A stretch of DNA of 45,953 bases, from contig CANRBR010000003.1 in the NCBI GenBank assembly GCA_947628915.1, positions 1 through 45,953 on the forward strand, given 5' to 3'. The notes under the pieces are model-generated. The model was not told the origin of the DNA. It was given only the letters and a program-made list of their open reading frames with translations, and did no database searches. Each line of letters begins with the position of its first letter. Within the stretch, counting starts at the first letter, position 1. This document shows positions 17,239-27,995 of the stretch, one piece after another. This DNA is from an uncultured Bacilli bacterium (GTDB taxonomy: Bacteria > Bacillota_I > Bacilli_A > RF39 > UBA660). The translations under genes were made by a program, and so were the position numbers.

Positions 17239-19236
17239 ATGAATAAAAAAGAATTAACTGGATATCCACATATAGATAAGCCATGGATGAAATATTATGA
17301 TAAAAATAATCAGAATATCAAAACATTTGAAGGTAATCCTGTAGATTATTTAAAAGAGAAAAATACAAATAGAAAAAGTAAAACTGCTGAGAGTTATTAT
17401 GGTAAGAAGTTTTCTTATGATGAGATTTTATTTGATGACACTGCTACAAAAGTGTTAAAATCACTTGACGTAAAAAAAGGTGATATAATTTTAAATTTAG
17501 TCCCAAATATTCCAGAGGCTGGATTACTTTGGAGAGCTGCAACTAATTTGGGTGCAGTATCAGATTTTATTGATCCAAGACCAGATTCATCAAATTTAAA
17601 AGCAAATGCACAAAAATTATTAGAAATTATTAAATTTGAAAAGCCTAAATATATTATTGTCCTTGATATGTGTTATTTAGGTATGCTTAAGCCTGTTGAA
17701 AACGAATTAAAAAATTTAGGAATTGATACCATAATTGTTTTAAGTGCAAGTGATTCTATGAATTTATCTGCTAAAATAAGTTATTTAAAAGATGTTGTTA
17801 ATTATAACGAATTAAAGAATATTAGAACTGCAACAGATATTAATATTAAAAAAATAAAATGGTATGAGGCATTACGCACAAAACTAGAATCAATGAAAAA
17901 AAGTGAGAATGCTTTTAATATGGCAATTAAGTCATCTCCAATTAATGTATATAGATATAATGATTTAGCAAATAATGTAAAATATTCAATTAATTATGAT
18001 ATTGAAACAGATGAAAATTTAATGACTTATATAGGTCACACATCTGGGACAAGTGGTTCAAGACCAAAACCAATACCTGTAACAAATAAGAATATTATTT
18101 CTAAATTACAACAATTCGAACTTGCAGGAATGAATATTGAAGAAGGGGATAAAATTCTTAGGATTCTTCCTTTATTTGCCCCATTTGGAGCCTTTGATAA
18201 TTATTTAATTAATTTATCATATGGTGCTATAAGTGTTGATGTACCTGAATTTGATTTAAGTGAGATAGGTTATTTATTAAAAAAATATCAACCTAATATA
18301 ATAGTTGCAACACCATCATGGCTAGCATCATTGCCAAAATGTAAATATTTAGAAAAAATGGACTTATCATTTATAAAAAAAATGACTTACGGTGGGGATT
18401 CTATGCCTTCATCTGAAGAAGAAAATCTTAATAAATGGTTGAAAGATCACGGAAGTAAAACTACAATACGTAAAGGTTATGGAATGAGCGAATTTATTGG
18501 GTGTGGTTCGTATGCTAAGGATGAATATAACAAATTTGGAACTATTGGTATACCACTTCCAGAAATAACTTTCGGTATAGTTGACCCTAATATTGAAGAT
18601 AAATTGGTGCCATTAAAATTCGAAGATGGTAAAGATAGATTAGAGGGAGAGTTAATAGTTTCTGGAGATACTGTTACAAATGGTATTTTACACGATAATA
18701 TAATAGTTCCACATTTTGAACTTGATGGTAAATCTTATATTAGAACAAGAGATTTAACTCAAATGGATAGAGATGGTTTATTTTATCATTTAGAAAGAAA
18801 AGATCGTTCTTTTGTTAGATTTGATGGTTTTAAATATAAACCACATGAAATTGAACCTGTATTAGAAAGTCATCCTGATGTGGAATACGCTAGAGTTGTA
18901 GAGTATTATGATGATAGATATAAAGGATTTATGCCAATATGTCATTTATTGCTAAATAAACAATATGATACAGATGATGATTATGTACGATTAGTAGAAG
19001 AAATTGTATATAAATATATTATTGATAACCCAAATATGTCATCAAGACATATACCAACAAAATTTAAAATAAGACAGTCAATGCCATTTACTAAAAATAG
19101 TAAAATAAATTTCAATGCATTAAAAAATGAAGAACTTGATGGAGATGAAATTAATGTTGATATAGAAGAATCAAATTTAACAGTTGGTAACATTAATATA
19201 TATAAAAATAAACAAAAAACATTAAAAATAAAATAA
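17239..19236 (+). CDS. AMP-binding (class I adenylate-forming, acyl-CoA synthetase-like) enzyme
   Basis: HTSGTSGSRPKPI, GYGMSE, RTRDL, PFTKNSKIN. ATG after GGGGG RBS. Ends KQKTLKIK. Confidence 0.88.
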   Translation: MNKKELTGYPHIDKPWMKYYDKNNQNIKTFEGNPVDYLKEKNTNRKSKTAESYYGKKFSYDEILFDDTATKVLKSLDVKKGDIILNLVPNIPEAGLLWRAATNLGAVSDFIDPRPDSSNLKANAQKLLEIIKFEKPKYIIVLDMCYLGMLKPVENELKNLGIDTIIVLSASDSMNLSAKISYLKDVVNYNELKNIRTATDINIKKIKWYEALRTKLESMKKSENAFNMAIKSSPINVYRYNDLANNVKYSINYDIETDENLMTYIGHTSGTSGSRPKPIPVTNKNIISKLQQFELAGMNIEEGDKILRILPLFAPFGAFDNYLINLSYGAISVDVPEFDLSEIGYLLKKYQPNIIVATPSWLASLPKCKYLEKMDLSFIKKMTYGGDSMPSSEEENLNKWLKDHGSKTTIRKGYGMSEFIGCGSYAKDEYNKFGTIGIPLPEITFGIVDPNIEDKLVPLKFEDGKDRLEGELIVSGDTVTNGILHDNIIVPHFELDGKSYIRTRDLTQMDRDGLFYHLERKDRSFVRFDGFKYKPHEIEPVLESHPDVEYARVVEYYDDRYKGFMPICHLLLNKQYDTDDDYVRLVEEIVYKYIIDNPNMSSRHIPTKFKIRQSMPFTKNSKINFNALKNEELDGDEINVDIEESNLTVGNINIYKNKQKTLKIK

Positions 19237-19270
19237 ATATTAAATAAAAAGGTTTGTTGAGGTGTGAGAT

Positions 19271-21553
19271 ATGCAAGATATACAAGGATTTATGCTTATA
19301 AATTTATATGCTTTTGTTATAATAATATCAATAGCAATAATATTTTTCAGAAAAAAACGTTTAAAAAAAATAGAAGATGAAACTTATGCAAAATTTGTGT
19401 TAACTAATGTATTTTTATCTTTTAGTGGCTTAATATTAGGATTATTGGTTATTCCTTCACTAAAGGCTAGTACTATTTTAATTTATATAATAAATGATTT
19501 ATATTTAATCAGTACATTTTTGTGGGTTTATTATTTAACTTTTTATACATATTTTATTTCATCTAAACATGAAGAAAATATAAATCGTATGACAAAAATA
19601 TTTAAAATTATAAAATATATCAGTATAATATTGATTTTGTTACTTCCACGTTCTATAGAAGTTATGCAAAATGGATCTACTGCACAAGGTCCTGCTGTAA
19701 TTTTTACATATTTAACTTACATAGTTGGAATTATAACTCAAGTTATTTGTATATTGTTGAAACATAATTTTAAAAGCAAAAAATATATCCCAATGTATTT
19801 GTTAATAGTCTTGGGAAGTATTGTTTTTGTAATTTTGTCAATTAATCCAACTTTAAATTATATTATTAATCCAACGCTGATATTTATATGTGTTATTATG
19901 TACTTCACCATTGAAAACCCAGATGTAAAAATGATAAATGAACTAGAACTTGCTAAGAATCAAGCAGAAAAAGCAAACCGTGCTAAAAGTGATTTCTTAA
20001 GTAGTATGTCTCACGAGATAAGGACACCTCTTAATGCCATAGTAGGACTATCTGAAGTAATTAAGACAAGTAATGATATAGATGAGATACACGAGGATGC
20101 AACAGATGTAGTAATGGCATCTCAAAATTTACTTGAAATAGTAAATGGAATACTAGATATAAGTAAGATAGAAGCAGATAAAATGGAAGTTGTAGAAACT
20201 GACTATAATTTACTTGATGAGTTAAATGAATTAAAGAAATTAACTGAGGTTAGAATAGGTGAAAAAGAGTTAGAATTAAGATGTAATTTTGCAAGTGACC
20301 TACCTCAAAATTTATATGGAGATAAAGGCAAAATAAAACAAATAATAACTAATCTACTTACAAATGCAGTTAAATATACAGAAAAAGGATATATAGATTT
20401 TAGTGTCAGTTCTATAAATGAAAAAGATTTATGTAAATTAAAAATAACAGTTGCTGATACAGGTAGAGGTATTAAAAAAGAGCAAATGGATAAATTATTT
20501 ACTAAATTTAATAGACTTGAAGAAGATATGAATACTACAATAGAAGGAACAGGACTTGGACTTGCTATTACTAAATCATTAGTAGAATTAATGGGTGGTA
20601 ATATAGTAGTTGATTCGGTATATGGTGAAGGTTCTAAATTTACTGTATTTGTAGGTCAAAAAATATCAAATGGAGTAGTAAAGAAAGAAGAAATAGAAGA
20701 AATTATTACATTTGATAACAAAAAAGTATTAGTAGTAGATGATAATAACTTAAATATTAAAGTAGCCTCTAAAATATTAAAAGAATTTAATCTAATTATA
20801 GATAGTGCGTTTAGTGGGGAAGAATGTATTAATAAAGTTAAAGAAAATAATTATGATTTAATACTAATGGATATAATGATGCCTCATATGAGCGGTGTTG
20901 AAACACTAAAAAAACTAAAAGAAATAGAAAACTTTAATACTAAAGTAGTTGCTCTTACAGCAGATGTAATGGAAGGTAAATCAACTAAATATATAGAAGT
21001 AGGATTTAATGATTATTTATCTAAACCAATACAAAAAGATGAGTTAAAAAGAGTTTTAAATAAATGTTTAAATGGAATTGAAGTAAATGAAACAAAAGAA
21101 ACTACTAAAGCAAAAATAAATCCTATAACTGATGAAGATATAGAAGTATTAAATAAAAAATTAGAGAGTATGAATGATAATACTTCTAATGAATATAAAG
21201 GCAATATAGATTATTTAAAAGAAAATGATATAGATGTAGATGCAGCGCTAGAACTACTTGGTGATATTGAGATGTATAACGATACACTTAAGACATTTAA
21301 AGAAGAATCTAAAGAAAGAATGCCTAGAATAGAAAAAAATAAAAAAGATAAGAATATGAAGGATTATAGTATTGATGTACATGCATTAAAGAGTGATAGT
21401 AAATATTTAGGATTTAAAAAACTTGCTAGTCTTTCATATGACCATGAGATGAAATCTAAAGAAAACAACTCTGATTACGTTTTAGAACACTACGATGAAT
21501 TATTAAATGAATATAATAGAGTTGCTAATATAATTGATAAATACTTAGGATAG
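19271..21553 (+). CDS. Membrane hybrid sensor histidine kinase (HisKA-HATPase-REC-HPt)
   Basis: [39 protein letters not shown]. Multi-TM N-terminus. Confidence 0.93.
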   Translation: MQDIQGFMLINLYAFVIIISIAIIFFRKKRLKKIEDETYAKFVLTNVFLSFSGLILGLLVIPSLKASTILIYIINDLYLISTFLWVYYLTFYTYFISSKHEENINRMTKIFKIIKYISIILILLLPRSIEVMQNGSTAQGPAVIFTYLTYIVGIITQVICILLKHNFKSKKYIPMYLLIVLGSIVFVILSINPTLNYIINPTLIFICVIMYFTIENPDVKMINELELAKNQAEKANRAKSDFLSSMSHEIRTPLNAIVGLSEVIKTSNDIDEIHEDATDVVMASQNLLEIVNGILDISKIEADKMEVVETDYNLLDELNELKKLTEVRIGEKELELRCNFASDLPQNLYGDKGKIKQIITNLLTNAVKYTEKGYIDFSVSSINEKDLCKLKITVADTGRGIKKEQMDKLFTKFNRLEEDMNTTIEGTGLGLAITKSLVELMGGNIVVDSVYGEGSKFTVFVGQKISNGVVKKEEIEEIITFDNKKVLVVDDNNLNIKVASKILKEFNLIIDSAFSGEECINKVKENNYDLILMDIMMPHMSGVETLKKLKEIENFNTKVVALTADVMEGKSTKYIEVGFNDYLSKPIQKDELKRVLNKCLNGIEVNETKETTKAKINPITDEDIEVLNKKLESMNDNTSNEYKGNIDYLKENDIDVDAALELLGDIEMYNDTLKTFKEESKERMPRIEKNKKDKNMKDYSIDVHALKSDSKYLGFKKLASLSYDHEMKSKENNSDYVLEHYDELLNEYNRVANIIDKYLG

Positions 21554-21559
21554 ATTGAT

Positions 21560-22192
21560 ATGGAATATGAAGTAAGATTTTATTTTTCAAAGAAAAAATT
21601 AGAAAATATTATATCAAAATTAAAAGGCATAAAAGAACTTAAAATGAATGAAAGGTCTTATGAGAAAACTTTGCAATACGACCATCCAAATTGTAATATG
21701 AGTTTTTACTCTAAAGATATTGATGGAAGATTTAGGATTAGAGTTACAAAGTCTAGTTCTAAATCTAAGTGTAAAATAAGTTGGAAAAAGCGTTTATCTA
21801 ATACAACTAAAACTGATGTAAATAAAGAAGAGGAAGTAGAACTAAATATTAAATATGAAGAATACGATAATTTGATGTTCTTAATAAATAATGTATTAAA
21901 GATGAAATTTATAGAAAGTTATGAAAGATATAGAACAACATTTGAAAATGATGAAGTTGAGATTTCAGTTGACGAATATCCTTTTGGAATCGCACTTGAA
22001 ATAGAAAATAAAAGTAAGGATAAAGATGCTTCTTTAATAGTTAGAAAATGGACTGATATTTTAGGTTTAAATATTAATAATGCGTATAGGTTGTCGTGGG
22101 ATGATAAATATTCTAGTCTTTGTAAGGAACAAAACATAAAACAGTATAAAGAAGTTTCTTTTGATTTGCCAATGCCTGAAATTAAAGATTAA
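21560..22192 (+). CDS. CYTH-like (CyaB-type) domain protein
   Basis: MEYEVRF, RFRIR, EEEVE, YERYRTTF, VDEYPFG.ALEIE. Confidence 0.75.
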   Translation: MEYEVRFYFSKKKLENIISKLKGIKELKMNERSYEKTLQYDHPNCNMSFYSKDIDGRFRIRVTKSSSKSKCKISWKKRLSNTTKTDVNKEEEVELNIKYEEYDNLMFLINNVLKMKFIESYERYRTTFENDEVEISVDEYPFGIALEIENKSKDKDASLIVRKWTDILGLNINNAYRLSWDDKYSSLCKEQNIKQYKEVSFDLPMPEIKD

Positions 22193-22214
22193 CTAGAGAT
22201 TACCTCTAGTTTTT
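22191..22214 (+). terminator. Intrinsic terminator
   Basis: AACTAGAG-ATTAC-CTCTAGTT-TTT. Confidence 0.75.
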
Positions 22215-22215
22215 A

Positions 22216-22244
22216 TTGACATCTTAAAGCATATATGTTACAAT
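22216..22244 (+). promoter_or_regulatory. Sigma-A promoter
   Basis: TTGACA-N17-TACAAT with TGn. Confidence 0.75.
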
Positions 22245-22273
22245 AATCTTGCAAATCAAAGGAGGGTTTTGTT

Positions 22274-22879
22274 ATGAGTTCAGAAGAAGAAAATGAAATA
22301 ATGAGCAAATTTATTAAGGAGTATATTGAAAAAGAAAATGTCGAAAGAAAAAAAACTAAAGCTTTAATGTCTAATACAAATTATTTAGAATGGCTTAATC
22401 AATTCACTCAAGATAAAGAAGGATTTTCAGATAATGACTGGCTATATTTTCCAGAAAGAATAAAAAAATCTGATAATGAAAATGTTGATAAATTATGCTT
22501 ATTCTATGAAGGAATTAGACAGTATGCAGAGTCAAATCATATTTATCCATTAAAATGTAATTTTGGTAATTTTTACAAAATTAGATTAAATAAAATTGGT
22601 TTTGAAATTGGAATTTTAAATGGTCAAGGAACAAAATTTTTTTGTAACAAGGTTGCAGTAGAAAATGAACAAGAGTTTATTGATTTTAATGACATTATGA
22701 CTGGCAAAAAACAAGAAAATGTTGATAAAATTAATGCAAGTTTAGAATCTTTATCAAATATGATTTTAACTGCTTATGAAAGTGGTGTTCCAATAGAATC
22801 AATAATTTATACAATAGAAAAAACAATAAATGAAATAACTTATAAAAAAGAAGGCAAAGCAAAAGTATTTACAAGATAA
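22274..22879 (+). CDS. Hypothetical protein
   Basis: RBS AAGGAGG, own promoter and terminator. No recognised family. Ends KAKVFTR. Confidence 0.75.
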   Translation: MSSEEENEIMSKFIKEYIEKENVERKKTKALMSNTNYLEWLNQFTQDKEGFSDNDWLYFPERIKKSDNENVDKLCLFYEGIRQYAESNHIYPLKCNFGNFYKIRLNKIGFEIGILNGQGTKFFCNKVAVENEQEFIDFNDIMTGKKQENVDKINASLESLSNMILTAYESGVPIESIIYTIEKTINEITYKKEGKAKVFTR

Positions 22880-22917
22880 AAGACTTAGTATGTTTTGCTA
22901 AAATAAAATAATTTATT

Positions 22918-22948
22918 AAAGCCGAGTATTAAAATTACTTGGCTTTTA
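22918..22948 (+). terminator. Intrinsic terminator
   Basis: AAAGCCGAGTA...TACTTGGCTTT. Confidence 0.7.
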
Positions 22949-22992
22949 ATATCAAAAAAGACTAACAATTTACTAAACAATCATTAAAACTA

Positions 22993-23021
22993 TTGACAAT
23001 ATCGATTATTTAGTGTAGAAT
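22993..23021 (+). promoter_or_regulatory. Sigma-A promoter of helD
   Basis: TTGACA-N17-TAGAAT. Confidence 0.7.
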
Positions 23022-23068
23022 GGTGAGTAAGATAATTATAATACGCCGTAGGCTATTAAGGAGGTCAT

Positions 23069-25003
23069 ATGGAAGAAGAATTAAAACACTTATCATATAC
23101 ACTTGATAAGTATAATGAAGTAATTGATGATTCAAAACTAAAACTAAATAATTTAAAGAATTTATACAAAAATGATTATGATGCAATGCTGGAAGAAAAA
23201 TTCAAATTAGAAGGTGAAATCAAATCTATTGAAAGAGCAAAACACTCACCATATTTCGCTAGAATAGACTTTGAAAGTAAAACAAATAAAGATGTTTGCT
23301 ATATAGGTAAACTTGGAGTAAGTGACTATGATAACAATTTAATAACAGTAGACTGGAGAGCCCCTATATCAAGTCTATATTATGATTCAAATGTAGGGAA
23401 TGCTAAATACAACTCTCCAGATGGAATAATATCTGGTAAATTACTTTTAAAAAGGCAGTACACTATAGAAAACAGTAAACTTATAAATTATAACGATGTA
23501 GATACAGTATCTAACGATGAATTATTAAAACCATACTTAAGTGTAAATGCTGATACAAGACTTAAAAATATAGTATCTACTATACAAAGTGAACAAAATA
23601 AAATAATAAGAGAGCCTATTACAAAAAACTTAATAGTACAGGGTGTTGCCGGAAGTGGTAAAACCACAGTCGCACTACATAGAATTGCCTATCTAGTTTA
23701 TAATTATAGAGACTTATACAAATCTAGTGATTATATGGTAATAGGTCCAAATAAATTCTTTGTAAGTTATATATCAGGAATACTACCTGATTTAGATGTA
23801 AATGGTGTTAGTGAATACACCACTTTAGAACTCGCACTAAACTATATAGAAGAACCATTTAAAGTAAATAATTCACTAGATATATTAAAAGTTAAAGATG
23901 ACATATCTAAATTTAAAATATCTATGGATATGAAAAATAAAATAGATTCATATTTTAATTCACTTGAGATTTTGCCCAATACTGACTTTACTATAAGGGG
24001 AGTTAAAATATTAAGTAAAAGTTTAATAAAAAGCCTTTATGAAGAAATAAATAAAAATATATATAAGAGTGTTAAAAGTAGGATAGATAGATTAATATTA
24101 CTTATAGATAAATATATTGAAGAGAATAATGATTTAATACTATCCCGTTTAATTAAAGATAAAACAGATAAAAAAGTAATAGATGATTATAAAAATAATA
24201 TAAATATTTATTTAAAAAGATACTTTACAGTATTAAATATAAAAGTTAAAGATATTTATATGGAGATATTAAATAATAACAATATAGACATTAAAAATAT
24301 TAATATAAACGAAATAGATATAGAAGATATATACCCTCTTATGTATATTAAATATAAAATGGTTGGAAGTAATTTTGATAACTATAAACATATTGTAATC
24401 GATGAAGCACAAGATTATGGAGAGTTTAATTTCTATGTATTAAAAAAATTGTTTAAAAATGCAACATTTAGTATATATGGAGATTTAGCCCAAAGTCTAT
24501 ACTCATATAGAAGTATAACAGCTTGGGATAGTTTATTAGATATATTTAATAATGCAGAAATACTTAAATTAAATAAAAGTTATAGAACTACAATAGAAAT
24601 AATGAATGAGGCAAACAAAATTAATGAAAGACTTAATCTTGATATAGCAACTCCTGTAATTAGACATGGTGACGAAGTAGAATATACTAATAAAGATATA
24701 TTGGATATAATAAATGAATTAAAAGGAAAATATAAATCAGTTGCTATTATAACTAAAGATGCTTTAGAAGCTCAAGCACTCTATACAAAATTAAATAATA
24801 AGATAGATATAAACTTAATAGATAAAGATAATATCAATTTTGATAGTAATATAAATATACTTCCAAGTTATTTATCCAAAGGACTTGAATTTGATGCAGT
24901 AGTAATAGTAAATAGAAATAACTTTAAAGATAATATATTAGATTTAAAACTTCTTTATGTTTCAATGACAAGAGCCTTGCATAAACTTGTTATAATTAAC
25001 TAA
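23069..25003 (+). CDS. helD: RNA polymerase recycling motor HelD-family ATPase
   Basis: SPYFARIDF, VDWRAPISSLYY, IVSTIQSEQN, GVAGSGKTTVALHRIAYL, IDEAQD, KGLEFD, LYVSMTRA. Confidence 0.9.
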   Translation: MEEELKHLSYTLDKYNEVIDDSKLKLNNLKNLYKNDYDAMLEEKFKLEGEIKSIERAKHSPYFARIDFESKTNKDVCYIGKLGVSDYDNNLITVDWRAPISSLYYDSNVGNAKYNSPDGIISGKLLLKRQYTIENSKLINYNDVDTVSNDELLKPYLSVNADTRLKNIVSTIQSEQNKIIREPITKNLIVQGVAGSGKTTVALHRIAYLVYNYRDLYKSSDYMVIGPNKFFVSYISGILPDLDVNGVSEYTTLELALNYIEEPFKVNNSLDILKVKDDISKFKISMDMKNKIDSYFNSLEILPNTDFTIRGVKILSKSLIKSLYEEINKNIYKSVKSRIDRLILLIDKYIEENNDLILSRLIKDKTDKKVIDDYKNNINIYLKRYFTVLNIKVKDIYMEILNNNNIDIKNININEIDIEDIYPLMYIKYKMVGSNFDNYKHIVIDEAQDYGEFNFYVLKKLFKNATFSIYGDLAQSLYSYRSITAWDSLLDIFNNAEILKLNKSYRTTIEIMNEANKINERLNLDIATPVIRHGDEVEYTNKDILDIINELKGKYKSVAIITKDALEAQALYTKLNNKIDINLIDKDNINFDSNINILPSYLSKGLEFDAVVIVNRNNFKDNILDLKLLYVSMTRALHKLVIIN

Positions 25004-25047
25004 AAAGTGTTTTGGTGAATTTTATAAAAGAAAGGAGGAACTTATAT

Positions 25048-25971
25048 ATGCTAAATAAATCTAGAAAGTTGATAGAGAAAATATGTGAAAGAAATAATAT
25101 AACTTTTAAATTATTATCTAATGATTGGATAATAATGTTAGAAAAAGATAGTAAAACAAAATTTATTACTGGATGTAAGTTTCCTTTAAATAATCATGCT
25201 ATAGGTGAAATATTAGATGATAAATATGCATTATATTGTGTATTAAAAGAAAAGAATATTCCTATTATAAAACACAATATACTATACTCAAATAGTAATA
25301 TGAATGATTATGCAATAAATTCTAAAGATTCTAAATTAGTTAATGATTATTTTCTTAAAAATGGTAATAGTATCGTATTAAAGCCCTGTAACGGAACATG
25401 CGGACAAAATGTATATCATGTAACTTCATTTGATGATATTGATAAAATATTAGAAAAACTTTTTCAAAAAAACACATCCATCGTTTACTGTCCTTTTTAT
25501 AATATTAAAAATGAATATAGAGTTATAGTACTCGATGGTAATATTGAATTTATTTATTGCAAGCAAAGACCAATTGTTAAAGGAAATGGTAAAAGTTCAA
25601 TAAGAAATCTATTGTTAGAATTTAACTATGAATATTTTAAGGATAAATTATACGATAAAATTTATGATACTATATTACAAGATGGTGAAATATATGAATA
25701 CGATTGGAGATTTAATTTATCTAATGGAGCAATAGCGTCTTTTGATATTGATTCAAATATAAAATTCAAGTTAGAAAAACTTGCAAAAGATGTTATAAAT
25801 AAATTAGAGTTAAAATTTGTAAGTATTGATATTATTGAAACTGATGAGGAATTATCTGTATTAGAAATTAACAGTGGGGTAATGATGGAAAACTTAATTA
25901 ATATGGTTGATGATATTAGCATAATTGAGAATATATACGAAAAAGCAATATTATTAATGTTTAATGAGTAA
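25048..25971 (+). CDS. ATP-grasp (RimK/cyanophycin synthetase-like) ligase
   Basis: VLKPCNGTCG, EYRVIVL, FNLSNGA, SIDII, LEINSG. ATG 25048 after AAGGAGG. Confidence 0.8.
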   Translation: MLNKSRKLIEKICERNNITFKLLSNDWIIMLEKDSKTKFITGCKFPLNNHAIGEILDDKYALYCVLKEKNIPIIKHNILYSNSNMNDYAINSKDSKLVNDYFLKNGNSIVLKPCNGTCGQNVYHVTSFDDIDKILEKLFQKNTSIVYCPFYNIKNEYRVIVLDGNIEFIYCKQRPIVKGNGKSSIRNLLLEFNYEYFKDKLYDKIYDTILQDGEIYEYDWRFNLSNGAIASFDIDSNIKFKLEKLAKDVINKLELKFVSIDIIETDEELSVLEINSGVMMENLINMVDDISIIENIYEKAILLMFNE

Positions 25972-26020
25972 TTATTTTAATTTATATCTAGATAGTTTAA
26001 TTTACTATGAATAATTTACT

Positions 26021-26045
26021 AAAAAAGCAAACAATTGCTTTTTTT
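26021..26045 (+). terminator. Hairpin whose right arm doubles as the rnjB -35 box
   Basis: AAAAAAGCAA-ACAA-TTGCTTTTTT, overlapping TTGCTT-N17-TATACT. Confidence 0.55.
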
Positions 26046-26097
26046 CTTCTTTAATGTTATACTTATTAAGTATTAAATCTAAAGAAAGGAGGGAAAT

Positions 26098-27741
26098 ATG
26101 AGTAAGATTAGAATATTTGCTTTAGGTGGTCAAAACGAAGTAGGAAAGAATATGTATGTAGTTGAAGTTGATAAGAATATATATGTATTTGAAGCAGGTT
26201 TAAAACACGCTGATGATAAATTATTGGGTGTTGATTATATAATTCCAAATTATGACTATCTAAAAGAAAATAAAGAAAGAATTAAAGGTTTATTTATCAC
26301 GCATGGTCATGATGAACAAATGGGTGCGATATCAGATATATTAGTAGATTTACCTGATATAAATATATATGGAGGTAAATTTACTTTAGAAATTATTAAA
26401 CAAGACTTAGAAGAAAGTGGGATAAAGAATGCTCATTTAATTGAAATTAAAGCAAATAAAAAAATAGACTTTAAAACTGAAAGTGTATTTCCAATACAAA
26501 TCTCACATTCTATACCAGATAGTTATTTATATGTATTAAATACTAAAGATGGTTCTATTGTATTTACTGGTAATTACTTATTTGACCCATCTATGATGGG
26601 ACCATACGCTACTGATATAGGTAAACTTGCATATATTGGTAAACAAAATGTGCTTTGTTTAATGAATGAATCACTTTATGCAGATAAAAAAGGCTTTACA
26701 AGTCCAAAACATAGAACAACTTTAATGGTTAGAGATATATTAAGTGATAACGAAGGTAGACTATTTTTCAATATATTTGAAAATCAAATATATAGAATTC
26801 AAGAAGTATTTGATGAAATATCTAAAACTGATAGAAATGTAGTAATAATGGGGAAATCTTTAGAAAGTATTATATTAAAAGGAATAGAATTAAACTATAT
26901 AAAATTCGATAAAGAAAGAATTAAACCTATAACTCATGTAACAGATGAAAATATTATAGTAATAATATCTAATGAAAGAGAAAAACCATATTCTAGTTTA
27001 AAAAGAATACTTAGAAATTCAGATAAGTTTGTTACTTTAAAGGAAACTGATACAATAGTTATATTATCACCCTTATATGCAGGTAGTGAAATTACAGCAA
27101 CTAAAGTATTCAATAAAATATCTAAAGTTGGAGCGAATCTAATGATATTATCTAAGCAATTACTATCTCCTCATGCATCTAGTGAGGATATAATGCTTAT
27201 GATAAACTTAATGAAACCTAAATACTATTTTCCAGTTACTGGAGAATATAAAGACCAAGTAGAAAATGCTGTAATAGCAACTGAATTAAATATACCAAAG
27301 GATAATATAATATTAAACTTGAACGGTGAAGTTGCAACATTTGTAGATGGTAAACTTGTAGATAACTCTGATAAAATACCTGTTGATGATATACTAATAG
27401 ATGGTAAAACTGCAGGCGACATTGGTGATTTAGTGCTAAAAGATAGAGAGATGTTATCTGATAGTGGGATTGTTATAGTAAATGCTAATATAGATAAAAA
27501 AACAAGAGCAATTATTAATAAACCAAATATATCTACTAAAGGATTTATATATGTAAAAGATAATATAGATATAATTAAAGAAGCTGAGACTATAGTAAGT
27601 TCAGTAATTCAAGAAAATGTTAAAGAAAACTATATAGATTATAATAAATTAAAATTAGATATAAGAGATAAACTTGGTAAATATTTCTATAAAGAAACAG
27701 AATGTAAACCTATGATAGTAATAGTTGTACAAGAAGTATAA
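26098..27741 (+). CDS. rnjB: Ribonuclease J, J2-like
   Basis: ALGGQNEVGKNM. The metallo-beta-lactamase motif is degenerate (THGHDEQ instead of HGHEDH), as in RNase J2. Confidence 0.85.
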   Translation: MSKIRIFALGGQNEVGKNMYVVEVDKNIYVFEAGLKHADDKLLGVDYIIPNYDYLKENKERIKGLFITHGHDEQMGAISDILVDLPDINIYGGKFTLEIIKQDLEESGIKNAHLIEIKANKKIDFKTESVFPIQISHSIPDSYLYVLNTKDGSIVFTGNYLFDPSMMGPYATDIGKLAYIGKQNVLCLMNESLYADKKGFTSPKHRTTLMVRDILSDNEGRLFFNIFENQIYRIQEVFDEISKTDRNVVIMGKSLESIILKGIELNYIKFDKERIKPITHVTDENIIVIISNEREKPYSSLKRILRNSDKFVTLKETDTIVILSPLYAGSEITATKVFNKISKVGANLMILSKQLLSPHASSEDIMLMINLMKPKYYFPVTGEYKDQVENAVIATELNIPKDNIILNLNGEVATFVDGKLVDNSDKIPVDDILIDGKTAGDIGDLVLKDREMLSDSGIVIVNANIDKKTRAIINKPNISTKGFIYVKDNIDIIKEAETIVSSVIQENVKENYIDYNKLKLDIRDKLGKYFYKETECKPMIVIVVQEV

Positions 27742-27747
27742 ATACTT

Positions 27748-27777
27748 AAAAAATTGCAAAAAAATGCAATTTTTTTT
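27748..27777 (+). terminator. rnjB terminator
   Basis: AAAAATTGCA-AAAAAA-TGCAATTTTT plus T tract. Confidence 0.7.
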
Positions 27778-27835
27778 GTTTAAAAAAAGGAAATTCAAGT
27801 TTTACGAAGTATGATATATATAGGAGGTATTTGAA

Positions 27836-27895
27836 GTGAATGAAATAGATGATAAAAATATTTTAGAAACAATGCTAAAAACGATTAAATTTTAG
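27836..27895 (+). CDS. Candidate 19-aa peptide MNEIDDKNILETMLKTIKF
   Basis: AGGAGG 8 nt before a GTG start. Flanked by hairpins on both sides. Confidence 0.35.
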   Translation: MNEIDDKNILETMLKTIKF

Positions 27896-27927
27896 AAAAT
27901 AATCTTAAAAAATTCAGTATTTTTAGG

Positions 27928-27955
27928 AAAAGTAAAAAATGTTTTTACTTTTTTT
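27928..27955 (+). terminator. Inverted repeat upstream of ftsA (terminator or operator)
   Basis: AAAAGTAAAAA-ATG-TTTTTACTTTT. Confidence 0.5.
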
Positions 27956-27995
27956 ACTTTTTATAGTATAATTAATATAGATTGTAGGAGATGAT

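Noticed and set aside
23035-23067. Antisense promoter opposing the helD promoter
   Set aside because: TATAAT is present on the minus strand but has no correctly spaced -35 or TG extension.
27785-27810. SigH promoter for ftsA
   Set aside because: The AGGA-to-GAA spacing is 14 nt, shorter than in typical SigH promoters, and the -10 is GAAG. Not called as a feature.
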